NCBI GenBank assembly: GCA_017444665.1
Contig: JAFSWC010000066.1
Coordinates: 530 to 64,529 of the forward strand
Source of the DNA: Oscillospiraceae bacterium
GTDB lineage: Bacteria > Bacillota > Clostridia > Oscillospirales > Oscillospiraceae
Length of the DNA: 64,000 bases
Direction: 5' to 3'
A program made the translations under genes and the position numbers. The notes under the pieces were generated by a model. It was not told the origin of the DNA. It made no database searches and saw only the letters and a list, made by a program, of their open reading frames with translations. Below are positions 26,419-34,586 of this stretch, one piece after another (position 1 is the stretch's first letter; each line of letters begins with the position of its first letter).

Positions 26419-26762
26419 TGCACGAACTCGGAACTGTCTTTTATGTGATCGAGCAGGTTGAAAAGGTCTGCAAGGAAAACGATCTTACTACCGTCGGGAG
26501 CGTCACGCTCGAGATTGGTGAGGTCAGCGGCATCATTCCCATGTATATCGAGGACTGCTGGGAATGGGCCAAAAAACGCAGCAAAATCATGAAGGACGCC
26601 AAGCTGAAGATCGAAACGCTTGAAGCCGTCACGTACTGTGTGGACTGTCAAAAGACATACTCCACGATGAAGTACAAAAAAATCTGTCCCCACTGCGGCA
26701 GCGAAAACACCTATCTCTTGACCGGCAACGAATACAACATAAAAGAGATCGAAGCTATGTAA
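26418..26762 (+). CDS. hypA: HypA-type nickel/zinc metallochaperone
   Basis: 114 aa. N-terminal MHE nickel-binding motif, and zinc ribbon CVDC...CPHCGS. The start overlaps the stop of the upstream gene as TAATG. Confidence 0.8.
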   Translation: MHELGTVFYVIEQVEKVCKENDLTTVGSVTLEIGEVSGIIPMYIEDCWEWAKKRSKIMKDAKLKIETLEAVTYCVDCQKTYSTMKYKKICPHCGSENTYLLTGNEYNIKEIEAM

Positions 26763-26763
26763 C

Positions 26764-26797
26764 AAAAAGAGCAAGCCCCACCGGGCTTGCTCTTTTT
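26764..26797. terminator. bidirectional terminator
   Basis: AAAAAGAGCAAGCCC CACC GGGCTTGCTCTTTTT, between the convergent hypA-like and ABC transporter genes. Confidence 0.85.
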
Positions 26798-26808
26798 CCA
26801 TCCTGTCT

Positions 26809-29730
26809 TTATTCGGTTCTAAGCGCTTCAACGGGGTCTTTCCTCGCCGCGATCCCTGAGGGGATCAGCCCCGCGATAAAGGTCAGGATCATGCTGATCA
26901 GAACAAGTCCGATCCCGCCGGCCGCGGGCAGTGCGGAATTAAGCGACATGATACCCGTCAAATCGTGTACGATCATGTTGATCGGGATATTCAGCAGCAG
27001 CGTCAGAATGATGCCGATCGCGCCGGCCGTAAAGCCGATGATAACGGTCTCGGCGTTGAAGACGTGCGATACGTCGCGGTTCGACGCGCCGATCGCCCGC
27101 AGGATGCCGATCTCCTTTGTTCGCTCCAGCACGCTGATATAGGTGATGATGCCGATCATGATCGACGACACGACAAGCGAAATCGCCACGAAAGCGATCA
27201 GCACATAACTGATGACGTTTATGATTGTCGTGATTGAGCTCATCAGAAGCGCCACGATATCCGTATAGGTGATCTCGTCTTCCTTTGAAACGGCGTTGTT
27301 GTAATTCTTGATCGCAGTGGAGATATTGTCCTTGTCTTCAAAGGAGGAGGCATAGATGTTGATAACGCTGGGGGTATTCAGATCGACATAGCCCAGTTTT
27401 TTCAGCGTTTCTTTATAGTTGATCTCCGAATACACCGGCGGCATCGCGTTGTTATAGATCCAAAGGTAATCCTCGTCCTCCAAAACAAGCAAACCGAAGT
27501 CTTCCACCAGTTCTTCGTCGCTCAGCTCGCGATAGAGTTTTTCCATTTCGGCGGCATACTGTTCGCGCACCTGATCTCCGGCCATTTTCCCGATATAATC
27601 GAAGAGCATGTCGTCGTCCATTTGCTCGAGCATCGAGGCATATTCCGGATACATTTCAAGGATCTGCTTTTCTATGTCCTCGCGCGTCGTTCCCTCAAGC
27701 TGCTCGTCGACCATCTCTTTGACATAGTCGTCGCTGGGATGGCACATAAACTTGATATACAGCTCCGCGATCGTGGCGTCGTCCGCCTGCTCAATATACT
27801 CCCGCGCCGCCTGCTGTTTGCGGTCTTTCGTCAAAGCTTCATCCTCCGTGTCCAGGAATTTCAGTCCGGAGAGGATATTGATATCACCGCTGTCAAGCTG
27901 CTTTTTCACAAGCGCTTTCTGCTCGGCCTCTTTGGCAATATGCTCGATAAAGGCGTGCGTATAGCCGATCGCTCCCGTCATCATACCGGAAACCGCGTCT
28001 TCATTCTGCCGGATGACGCCGACGATCTTCAATTCAAGCCCGTTGTTAAAAAGCGTCTTCAATCCAAGCTCCTCCTCGCCCAGATTGATATACTTTTCTT
28101 CCTCCTCGTCATACTGGTACATATCGGCCGGGAAGATATAGCGGAAGCTCATATCGCAGATCTCTTCATCGCTCCAGCTTTCCACTTTTGCCTCAACCGT
28201 CTCCTGCGAAACAAACGACTGCATGTCGTCTGCGATGGACGACGTTGATTTCAGCCCCAGCGCATAAAGAACAAGATCGGATATCTCGTTGTTCTCATTG
28301 ACGATCAAAACCGCTTCGTCATAGCTCTCCGGCCATTTGCCGTAAAGAACGTCGTACTGCTTTTTCAAAAACGGATTGATATATTCCCCGTTCTCGCCCG
28401 GCAGCATTTCCTGCCAGATATCGATGACGGAGTAATAGGATCCGTAAGTGGAGAAAAACGAGCTGTAATCGCCTCCGTACATGCTGCTCATGGCCGTCTG
28501 CATCAGCTGCACAACATCTGTTTTGGCGATATTTCCCTCCACATCCTCGGCATACAGGTTCATATCCAGGTCATAGGTATACTGGACCGAACTGATATAC
28601 TGCGCGATCTCGCTGTTTTCGTCCTCAATGTATTCCTTGAACGGTTTCAAGTTATTAGTCTGCTTATCGGCGGAGATCATCGAGTTCATCATGTCATACA
28701 TGACGGTGCTGGAATAGACGGCGTCTTTATCGTGCGCGCCGCCTTCCGCCTGTGAACGAACTCCCATCAGCGAGGTCATCATGTTGGTCATGTCCACGCT
28801 TTCCGCCTGGATCGTGATCGGATAACTCGAGAGGGTATCGGCCTGTACCTTGTCGATATAATTCTGAATGCCGTTGGAAAGCGACATGATCAGCGCAATG
28901 CCGATGATACCGATGCTTCCTGCAAAGGCCGTCAGCACGGTTCTTGTCTTTTTCGTCATCAGGTTATTCAGCGAAAGAGACAGCGCAGTCAAGAAACTCA
29001 TGGACGTGCGGCGCTGTTTTTTGCCGGTGTCCCGCGCTTCCTCCCCTTCCGGCGCATAGGGATCGCTGTCGTCGGTGATCAGGCCGTCTTTGATGCGGAT
29101 GATCCTGCTGGCATAGTTTTCCGCAAGCTCGGGGTTGTGTGTGACCATGATAATCAGCCTGCTTGCCGAAATCTCTTTGAGAATGTCCATGATCTGCACC
29201 GAAGTTTCCGAATCCAGCGCACCGGTCGGCTCGTCGGCAAGCAGGATATCCGGATCATTGACCAGTGCGCGGGCGATCGCCACACGCTGCATCTGGCCGC
29301 CGGACATCTGATTCGGCTTTTTGTTCAGCTGGTCGCCCAGCCCGACCTTTTCCAGTGCCTCAACAGCGCGACGTCTGCGCTCGGCTTTTCCCACGCCGGA
29401 GATCGTCAGAGCCAGTTCGACGTTGGCCAGCACGCTCTGATGCGGGATCAGGTTGTACGATTGAAAAACAAAGCCGATCGAGTGATTGCGATAGGCATCC
29501 CAGTCAGCGTCGGAAAAGTTCTTTGTGGACTTTCCGTTGATCACAAGATCGCCCGACGTGTACTTGTCCAGACCGCCTATGATATTCAAAAGCGTTGTTT
29601 TTCCGCAGCCGGAATGGCCCAGGATCGCAACAAATTCGCTTTCACGAAAACCGAGATCGATCCCTTTCAAGGCATGGACCGGCTGATCTCCTGTCATATA
29701 ATCTTTTTTGATTTCCTTAAGTTGAAGCAT
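26809..29730 (-). CDS. fused ABC transporter ATPase/permease, MacB/FtsX type, with a very large extracytoplasmic domain
   Basis: Start set at ATG 29730 (MLQLKEIKKDY). The ORF-track extension to 29883 reads through a tRNA gene. Walker A GHSGCGKTT, signature LSGGQMQR, Walker B LLADEPT. One TM helix, about 550 aa of acidic soluble domain, then a C-terminal FtsX 3-TM module. Confidence 0.88.
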   Translation of the reverse strand: MLQLKEIKKDYMTGDQPVHALKGIDLGFRESEFVAILGHSGCGKTTLLNIIGGLDKYTSGDLVINGKSTKNFSDADWDAYRNHSIGFVFQSYNLIPHQSVLANVELALTISGVGKAERRRRAVEALEKVGLGDQLNKKPNQMSGGQMQRVAIARALVNDPDILLADEPTGALDSETSVQIMDILKEISASRLIIMVTHNPELAENYASRIIRIKDGLITDDSDPYAPEGEEARDTGKKQRRTSMSFLTALSLSLNNLMTKKTRTVLTAFAGSIGIIGIALIMSLSNGIQNYIDKVQADTLSSYPITIQAESVDMTNMMTSLMGVRSQAEGGAHDKDAVYSSTVMYDMMNSMISADKQTNNLKPFKEYIEDENSEIAQYISSVQYTYDLDMNLYAEDVEGNIAKTDVVQLMQTAMSSMYGGDYSSFFSTYGSYYSVIDIWQEMLPGENGEYINPFLKKQYDVLYGKWPESYDEAVLIVNENNEISDLVLYALGLKSTSSIADDMQSFVSQETVEAKVESWSDEEICDMSFRYIFPADMYQYDEEEEKYINLGEEELGLKTLFNNGLELKIVGVIRQNEDAVSGMMTGAIGYTHAFIEHIAKEAEQKALVKKQLDSGDINILSGLKFLDTEDEALTKDRKQQAAREYIEQADDATIAELYIKFMCHPSDDYVKEMVDEQLEGTTREDIEKQILEMYPEYASMLEQMDDDMLFDYIGKMAGDQVREQYAAEMEKLYRELSDEELVEDFGLLVLEDEDYLWIYNNAMPPVYSEINYKETLKKLGYVDLNTPSVINIYASSFEDKDNISTAIKNYNNAVSKEDEITYTDIVALLMSSITTIINVISYVLIAFVAISLVVSSIMIGIITYISVLERTKEIGILRAIGASNRDVSHVFNAETVIIGFTAGAIGIILTLLLNIPINMIVHDLTGIMSLNSALPAAGGIGLVLISMILTFIAGLIPSGIAARKDPVEALRTE

Positions 29731-29805
29731 GCCGGAGATCCTTTCTCTCGGTTGACATCCGAAACGATATGAGATAAAATAAACAGGCTGTCTGAAAAGA
29801 GATAT

Positions 29806-29882
29806 GCTTCCGTAGCTCAGCAGGATAGAGCGTCCGCCTCCTAAGCGGAAGGCCGGCGGTTCGAATCCGCCCGGGAGTGCCA
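29806..29882 (+). tRNA. tRNA-Arg (anticodon CCT)
   Basis: 77-nt cloverleaf folded by hand. Acceptor GCTTCCG, D-arm GCTC/GAGC, anticodon arm TCCGC-CTCCTAA-GCGGA, T-arm GGCGG-TTCGAAT-CCGCC, and an encoded CCA. The acceptor stem contains G1-U72 and U4-G69 wobble pairs. Confidence 0.88.
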
Positions 29883-29883
29883 C

Positions 29884-29918
29884 GTCGTCACAGATCCGTG
29901 ATCTGCGGCGACTTTTTT
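29884..29918 (+). terminator. terminator hairpin after the tRNA
   Basis: GTCGTCACAGATC CGT GATCTGCGGCGAC (one mismatch) followed by TTTTTT. Confidence 0.7.
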
Positions 29919-30070
29919 ATTTAACCATACAATTATGAACATTTCATCTGTTTTGTAAAAGAAAACCGGAAGAGAAAATCTTCCGGTCTGTATTTGCTTA
30001 CCAAACGGGGAAAAAACTGTTCCTTGCTTTGTGGGCAGATCAAAGATACACTCAAATACGGGTGATCGAT

Positions 30071-30304
30071 ATGCTGAAAAAAACACTGCGCCGCATGACG
30101 GCGATGTGCGACGAGTCCTGGTACATATTTATGGGCACGCTCAAACTGAGCTGCGCGATGCTCTTCTGTGCTTTTCTGCTTGTTATCTGGCCGGACAGCG
30201 GCTATGACGAGATCATGCTCGCTTCCGCTCTGGCGGAAACACCGCAGGGGCTGCTGCTGATTGCTATTCTTGCATCAGGCCTGCTTGAAGAGCGACACGG
30301 CTGA
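30071..30304 (+). CDS. hypothetical small membrane protein
   Basis: 77 aa from ATG 30071, with two hydrophobic segments and a weak SD. The 3' end overlaps the convergent rnmV by 41 nt. It may not be a real gene. Confidence 0.3.
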   Translation: MLKKTLRRMTAMCDESWYIFMGTLKLSCAMLFCAFLLVIWPDSGYDEIMLASALAETPQGLLLIAILASGLLEERHG

Positions 30305-30869
30305 AAAAATCCTCCCGACTCATGATCGCGTTTATGACGTCCAGCAGAGCGTCTGCGCTCAAATGCTCTGGCAGATCAAGCTCACGGATCAGCGCTGCGC
30401 GCTTCTCCGCGCTCCTCTCGCGTCCGGAAAGGCCGAGCCGGTACAGATCCGCCTTGGTTACCTTCTTTGCAAAATGGGCCGTTTCTGTGCCTTCAAACGT
30501 TGCTCCGGCACGCCGGAGTGCATGAAGCAGGATCTCCTCGCGCATGCCTTCTACGCCAAGCTTTCCTTCTTTGGACGGCTTGGCTTTTCTTTTTTCTTTC
30601 CCTCGGATATCCGGGACATAGGCCTGCTTTAATTGTTCGCCCGGCACGCAGGATTTGATAAAATTGCGTATTACAAAGCCCGCGCCGTCCGGGTCTGTCA
30701 AAACGACAAGTCCCCTTTTCTCCGCCATCGCACGAAGGAGCTTCTGCTTTTGCGTATCATTAAAGATCCCGAAGCCTGCCGTTTCGATCACGACGGCGTC
30801 CACAACCTGCAGCAGCGTGTTTTTGTCATAGCGCCCCTCTACCACAATGACTTCCCTAACGCTTTGCAT
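30264..30869 (-). CDS. rnmV: ribonuclease M5 (5S rRNA maturase), Toprim domain
   Basis: 201 aa. VIVVEGRYDK and LTDPDGAGFVIRNFIK are Toprim motifs characteristic of RNase M5. Confidence 0.85.
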   Translation of the reverse strand: MQSVREVIVVEGRYDKNTLLQVVDAVVIETAGFGIFNDTQKQKLLRAMAEKRGLVVLTDPDGAGFVIRNFIKSCVPGEQLKQAYVPDIRGKEKRKAKPSKEGKLGVEGMREEILLHALRRAGATFEGTETAHFAKKVTKADLYRLGLSGRERSAEKRAALIRELDLPEHLSADALLDVINAIMSREDFFSRVALQAGLMQE

Positions 30870-31902
30870 CCGAAACCTCCAGCGCTATGGCAAGGACCGC
30901 GTTTTTCAGCAGCTCCCGGCTGTCGCCTCCGATGCTTTTCATCTGCATATCACTCTGTGCGCAGATCTTCACCGCATCCTTGAGCTGCTTTTTCGTAAAG
31001 CTGCGCGCAGACTGGAGCAGTTTTGTCGCCATGAAATTGTATTTTATCCCGCAGCACTCCATCACATATTTTGCCCCGAGATCATGTTCGATCGCAAGCC
31101 GTGCGCAGTACAGCCGCCGCATCTGCGATCCGAGGACCGCCAGAAGGTAGATCGGGTCGTATTCGTTCTCAGCCAGCAGCTCCGAAAGCGTATTCATCGC
31201 TGCGCTCAGCTGTTTCTGTGCCAAAAGATCGGTCAGCTCGAAGACCTGCGCCTCCGGGATATGATGCGCGACCGCTTCTACATCCCGAACCGACACCTTT
31301 TCATCTTTGACGTAGTGCGCGATCTTGTCGATCTCGGGAATCAGCCGGTTCATCAGATCTCCGCTGATAAAGATCAGGCGCTGCGACGCTTCAAAATCAA
31401 TGCGTTTGCCGTGGGCCGCAAAACGCCGCGCGATCCAATCGATCAGCGCGCCCTGTCCCTGCTGGGTAAACTTCAGTTCACAGCCCTTGTCCCGGATTGT
31501 CCGGATCAGCTTCAGTCTGCCGTCCGGCTCGTATTCCGCGTTCTGAACGAAACACACCGTGCAGTAGTCGGGCAGTTCACCTAAAACTGCAGCGATCTCC
31601 TGCGCTTCCTTGATCTTGTTGATGTCAATGTCACGCAGCTCCACAAACGTGTGATCAGCCAGGAACGGCAGCGCGTCAACCGCCTCTCTCAACGCATTGG
31701 CCGACAGCTCCGGGCCGTCAAAGCGCTTGTAGTTAAACCCGCTTTCTCCGTCGGGAATACAAATCGACTTGAGCTGCGTCAGATACTGCTCCCGCAGATA
31801 ATCCTCTTTTCCCCAAAGGAGATAAAGCGTTCGCGATCCCTCCGCTTTCAGCTTTTGCAGTTCCTGCTTATAATTCAGTTTTTCGTCTTTTTCTTTAGCC
31901 AT
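30856..31902 (-). CDS. holA: DNA polymerase III delta subunit
   Basis: Start set at ATG 31902 (MAKEKDEK...), an 8-nt overlap with the comEC stop. Length, position downstream of comEC and the YLLWGKEDYL motif fit HolA. Confidence 0.8.
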   Translation of the reverse strand: MAKEKDEKLNYKQELQKLKAEGSRTLYLLWGKEDYLREQYLTQLKSICIPDGESGFNYKRFDGPELSANALREAVDALPFLADHTFVELRDIDINKIKEAQEIAAVLGELPDYCTVCFVQNAEYEPDGRLKLIRTIRDKGCELKFTQQGQGALIDWIARRFAAHGKRIDFEASQRLIFISGDLMNRLIPEIDKIAHYVKDEKVSVRDVEAVAHHIPEAQVFELTDLLAQKQLSAAMNTLSELLAENEYDPIYLLAVLGSQMRRLYCARLAIEHDLGAKYVMECCGIKYNFMATKLLQSARSFTKKQLKDAVKICAQSDMQMKSIGGDSRELLKNAVLAIALEVSDAKR

Positions 31903-34159
31903 TAACGCGTATCTCCACTGTTCCGTCTGTGTCCGTCCTGGAAACAGTATAACCGAAGCGCGCCAACCGTTCAAGTATTTCCGCACTCGGCAGTCCATAG
32001 TTGTTATTGCCCACGCTGATCAAGGCGCGTCTGCCGCCGATCGCGTCAAGATACGCCTCGCAGCTTGCGCTTTTCGATCCGTGATGTCCAACCACAAGCG
32101 CGTCAACGATCGAAAGGTCAAATTCTCCTATCAGCTTCTTCTCTCGTTCCGCCGGAGCGTCACCCGTCACCATCATGTCGTAATCTCCGATCGAAAGGAT
32201 TACCGGCATACATCTTTCGTTCCGGTCTCCCTCGTTGTCTGTGCCGAACGCGCGCAGCAGCATGCCGCTCATGACAAGCAGATCGCCGTCCTCCAGCAGC
32301 TTGACATCCGTTCCGTGCTGCTTTGCACAGCGGAACAGATCCAGCAGCGCCTCATCCTCAAGCGCCGCAGGCGGAATATAGATCGTGTCGACCTGCATGA
32401 GATTCAGCAGCCTTTCACAGCCGTTTGCGTGATCGGCATGAAGATGGGTGAATACCAGCGCGTCGACTTTATCCCGTCCACGGCTTTTCAAATAGGCCGC
32501 CGCGCAGTCTCCCGCATTATAATCAACATAGCTGATGCTGCCGCAGTCGATCAGGACGGTCGCCTCTTTTGTAAAAGCGCCGATACATTGTCCCTGTCCA
32601 ACGTCGATCGCCGCAAAGGTTCCTCTTTTGCTGTTGTAAAACCATTCTGTTCCAAGCTGTGTCAGCACAATTCCGACAACCGCGGTCACAGTCGGGATCA
32701 GGATTTTCCAGTGCGTTTTCCATCTGAACAAAAACACAAGCGCCAGCGAAGTATACAGCAGTATGATCCAAATCGCGCTGAGCGCGCCCGAAAAATAAAA
32801 AACCGAAAAAGGCAGCGATGTGATCAGGCCGCACACTCGGAAGCAATACCTTGCAAGCATGGATATAACCACCGCCGCCGCTCTCCCGGCCGCGGGGATC
32901 AGCGAAAGCAGGCAGGAGACATAACCGCCGATGAAGCAAAGCGGGATCGCCCACAGGCAAAGCAGGTTTGTCAAAAGTGAAAGGACAGATGCGTATCCGA
33001 AGTGGATCGCCGTGACCGGAAGTGTAAAAACCATAACGCTAAGCGATGTGCCGATGATTCCAATCGGATATTTCATCCAGTCCGCAGCTTTCCCCTCGCC
33101 GAACGGCCGGAGCATTGTTTCCGTTATTCTGTCAGCAAACAATACAATACCGAGCATGGCGGAAAACGACAGCTGCAGGCTGATATTGGCTGCGGCAAAC
33201 GGATTGAGCAGCAAAAGAACGGCCAGTGCCGCGGCAAGCGACGTGATCGGGTCGTTCTCTCTCCCCAAAAGCGGTGCGACAAGAAGCATGCTCTGCATAA
33301 AGGCCGCGCGAACGGCGGACGGGGAAAGCCCGCTTACCGCAACAAATCCCCAGACAAGCAGCAAACAGATAACGGCGCTTCTCTTCCCCTTGCCGAAAAT
33401 GAAACGCAGAAAGGCGACAAGATAGCTCACGTGCATGCCGGAAACCGCGACAACATGCATCAATCCCGCGCGGCTGAGCGCAACGTAAAGCGCATCGTCG
33501 CGGTAGAAGTCGCTTTTGTTTCCCACGAGCAGGGCTTTCATGAACGGAGCGGTATCCTGCGGATAGGTCGCGTCCACAGCCTGCCCGATCGCCCGGCTGA
33601 TTGCAGATGCGACGGACGTTAGAGACGTATTGTGTCCTATCTTCAAAATCGGTCCCTTGACGGTGCCCTTCAGATAGACATCTTTTGCGGCGTAGCGGTC
33701 GGTATGTTCTCCGTACCGGATATCCGCCGCGGAAAGCTTCACCTTTGCCGCAAGAACGTCGCCGCAAGAGAAACGTTCAAGGTCATGCTCATAATCATAA
33801 AAAACGCACTTCAAGCCCGGCAGTCCCTCTTTGTCAAGGCGGACCTCCGCGCTGGTATAGTTCTCATATTTCTGCGGCGGGCCGCTCAGAACAAAGCGTA
33901 CGCTTTCCGTCGTATCGGCAAGCGCATGCGCCCTTTCCGTCGTCAGGTCATAATGTGCGGAAAAGCATACAAAACCCACTGACGCGGCAAAGGCGGCGAT
34001 CACTACGCCTCGAAGACTTTTCAGCCGGATCGCCAAAACGGCCGCTCCGAGAAGTGCACAAAAAACCGCCGCATAGATCACAGAAGCACGCGAGAATATA
34101 TAGTGTGCTGCGAAAATTGAGAGAGAAAAAGAAAAGCATGCGATCGCCAGCTTACGCAT
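31895..34159 (-). CDS. comEC: DNA internalization competence protein ComEC/Rec2
   Basis: Start set at ATG 34159 (MRKLAIACF). Multi-TM competence domain plus a C-terminal metallo-beta-lactamase domain (THLHADHANG). Confidence 0.9.
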   Translation of the reverse strand: MRKLAIACFSFSLSIFAAHYIFSRASVIYAAVFCALLGAAVLAIRLKSLRGVVIAAFAASVGFVCFSAHYDLTTERAHALADTTESVRFVLSGPPQKYENYTSAEVRLDKEGLPGLKCVFYDYEHDLERFSCGDVLAAKVKLSAADIRYGEHTDRYAAKDVYLKGTVKGPILKIGHNTSLTSVASAISRAIGQAVDATYPQDTAPFMKALLVGNKSDFYRDDALYVALSRAGLMHVVAVSGMHVSYLVAFLRFIFGKGKRSAVICLLLVWGFVAVSGLSPSAVRAAFMQSMLLVAPLLGRENDPITSLAAALAVLLLLNPFAAANISLQLSFSAMLGIVLFADRITETMLRPFGEGKAADWMKYPIGIIGTSLSVMVFTLPVTAIHFGYASVLSLLTNLLCLWAIPLCFIGGYVSCLLSLIPAAGRAAAVVISMLARYCFRVCGLITSLPFSVFYFSGALSAIWIILLYTSLALVFLFRWKTHWKILIPTVTAVVGIVLTQLGTEWFYNSKRGTFAAIDVGQGQCIGAFTKEATVLIDCGSISYVDYNAGDCAAAYLKSRGRDKVDALVFTHLHADHANGCERLLNLMQVDTIYIPPAALEDEALLDLFRCAKQHGTDVKLLEDGDLLVMSGMLLRAFGTDNEGDRNERCMPVILSIGDYDMMVTGDAPAEREKKLIGEFDLSIVDALVVGHHGSKSASCEAYLDAIGGRRALISVGNNNYGLPSAEILERLARFGYTVSRTDTDGTVEIRVNG

Positions 34160-34227
34160 ACAACACTCCCACAACCGTTCAAGGGATCCGCACCGGATTA
34201 AGCCGATACGGATCCCTCGTGTATTTT

Positions 34228-34572
34228 TTAGATGATCGTTTCCGGAAACTTTCTGCCGCCGATGAGATGAAAGTGCAGATGCTTCACGCTCTGTCCTCCG
34301 TCCTCGCCGCAATTGTTCACAACGCGATAACCGTTCTCAAGTCCCTCTGCTTTCGCGATCTTTGCGATCGCCTCAAAGCACTTGGCAACATAGATCGAAT
34401 TGGTCCCGTCGATTTCCTGCGCGCAGGAAATGTGTACTTTCGGAACGACAAGGACGTGTACGGGCGCCTGCGGATTGATATCGCGGAAGGCAAAAACATA
34501 CTCATCCTCATACACCTTGGCACTGGGGATCTCCCCTGCGGGGATGGCGCAGAAAAGGCAATCGTTCAGCAT
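34228..34572 (-). CDS. HIT-family (histidine triad) nucleotide hydrolase
   Basis: 114 aa with CLFCAI... and the triad HLHFHLIGG. Confidence 0.9.
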   Translation of the reverse strand: MLNDCLFCAIPAGEIPSAKVYEDEYVFAFRDINPQAPVHVLVVPKVHISCAQEIDGTNSIYVAKCFEAIAKIAKAEGLENGYRVVNNCGEDGGQSVKHLHFHLIGGRKFPETII

Positions 34573-34586
34573 TTTGTTTTCTCCTT

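Noticed and set aside
29731-29883. N-terminal 51-aa extension of the ABC transporter ORF (MALPGGFEPPAFRLGGG...)
   Set aside because: The extension is the antisense translation of the tRNA-Arg gene at 29806-29882. The true start is ATG 29730, which directly precedes the canonical ABC N-terminus MLQLKEIKKDY.
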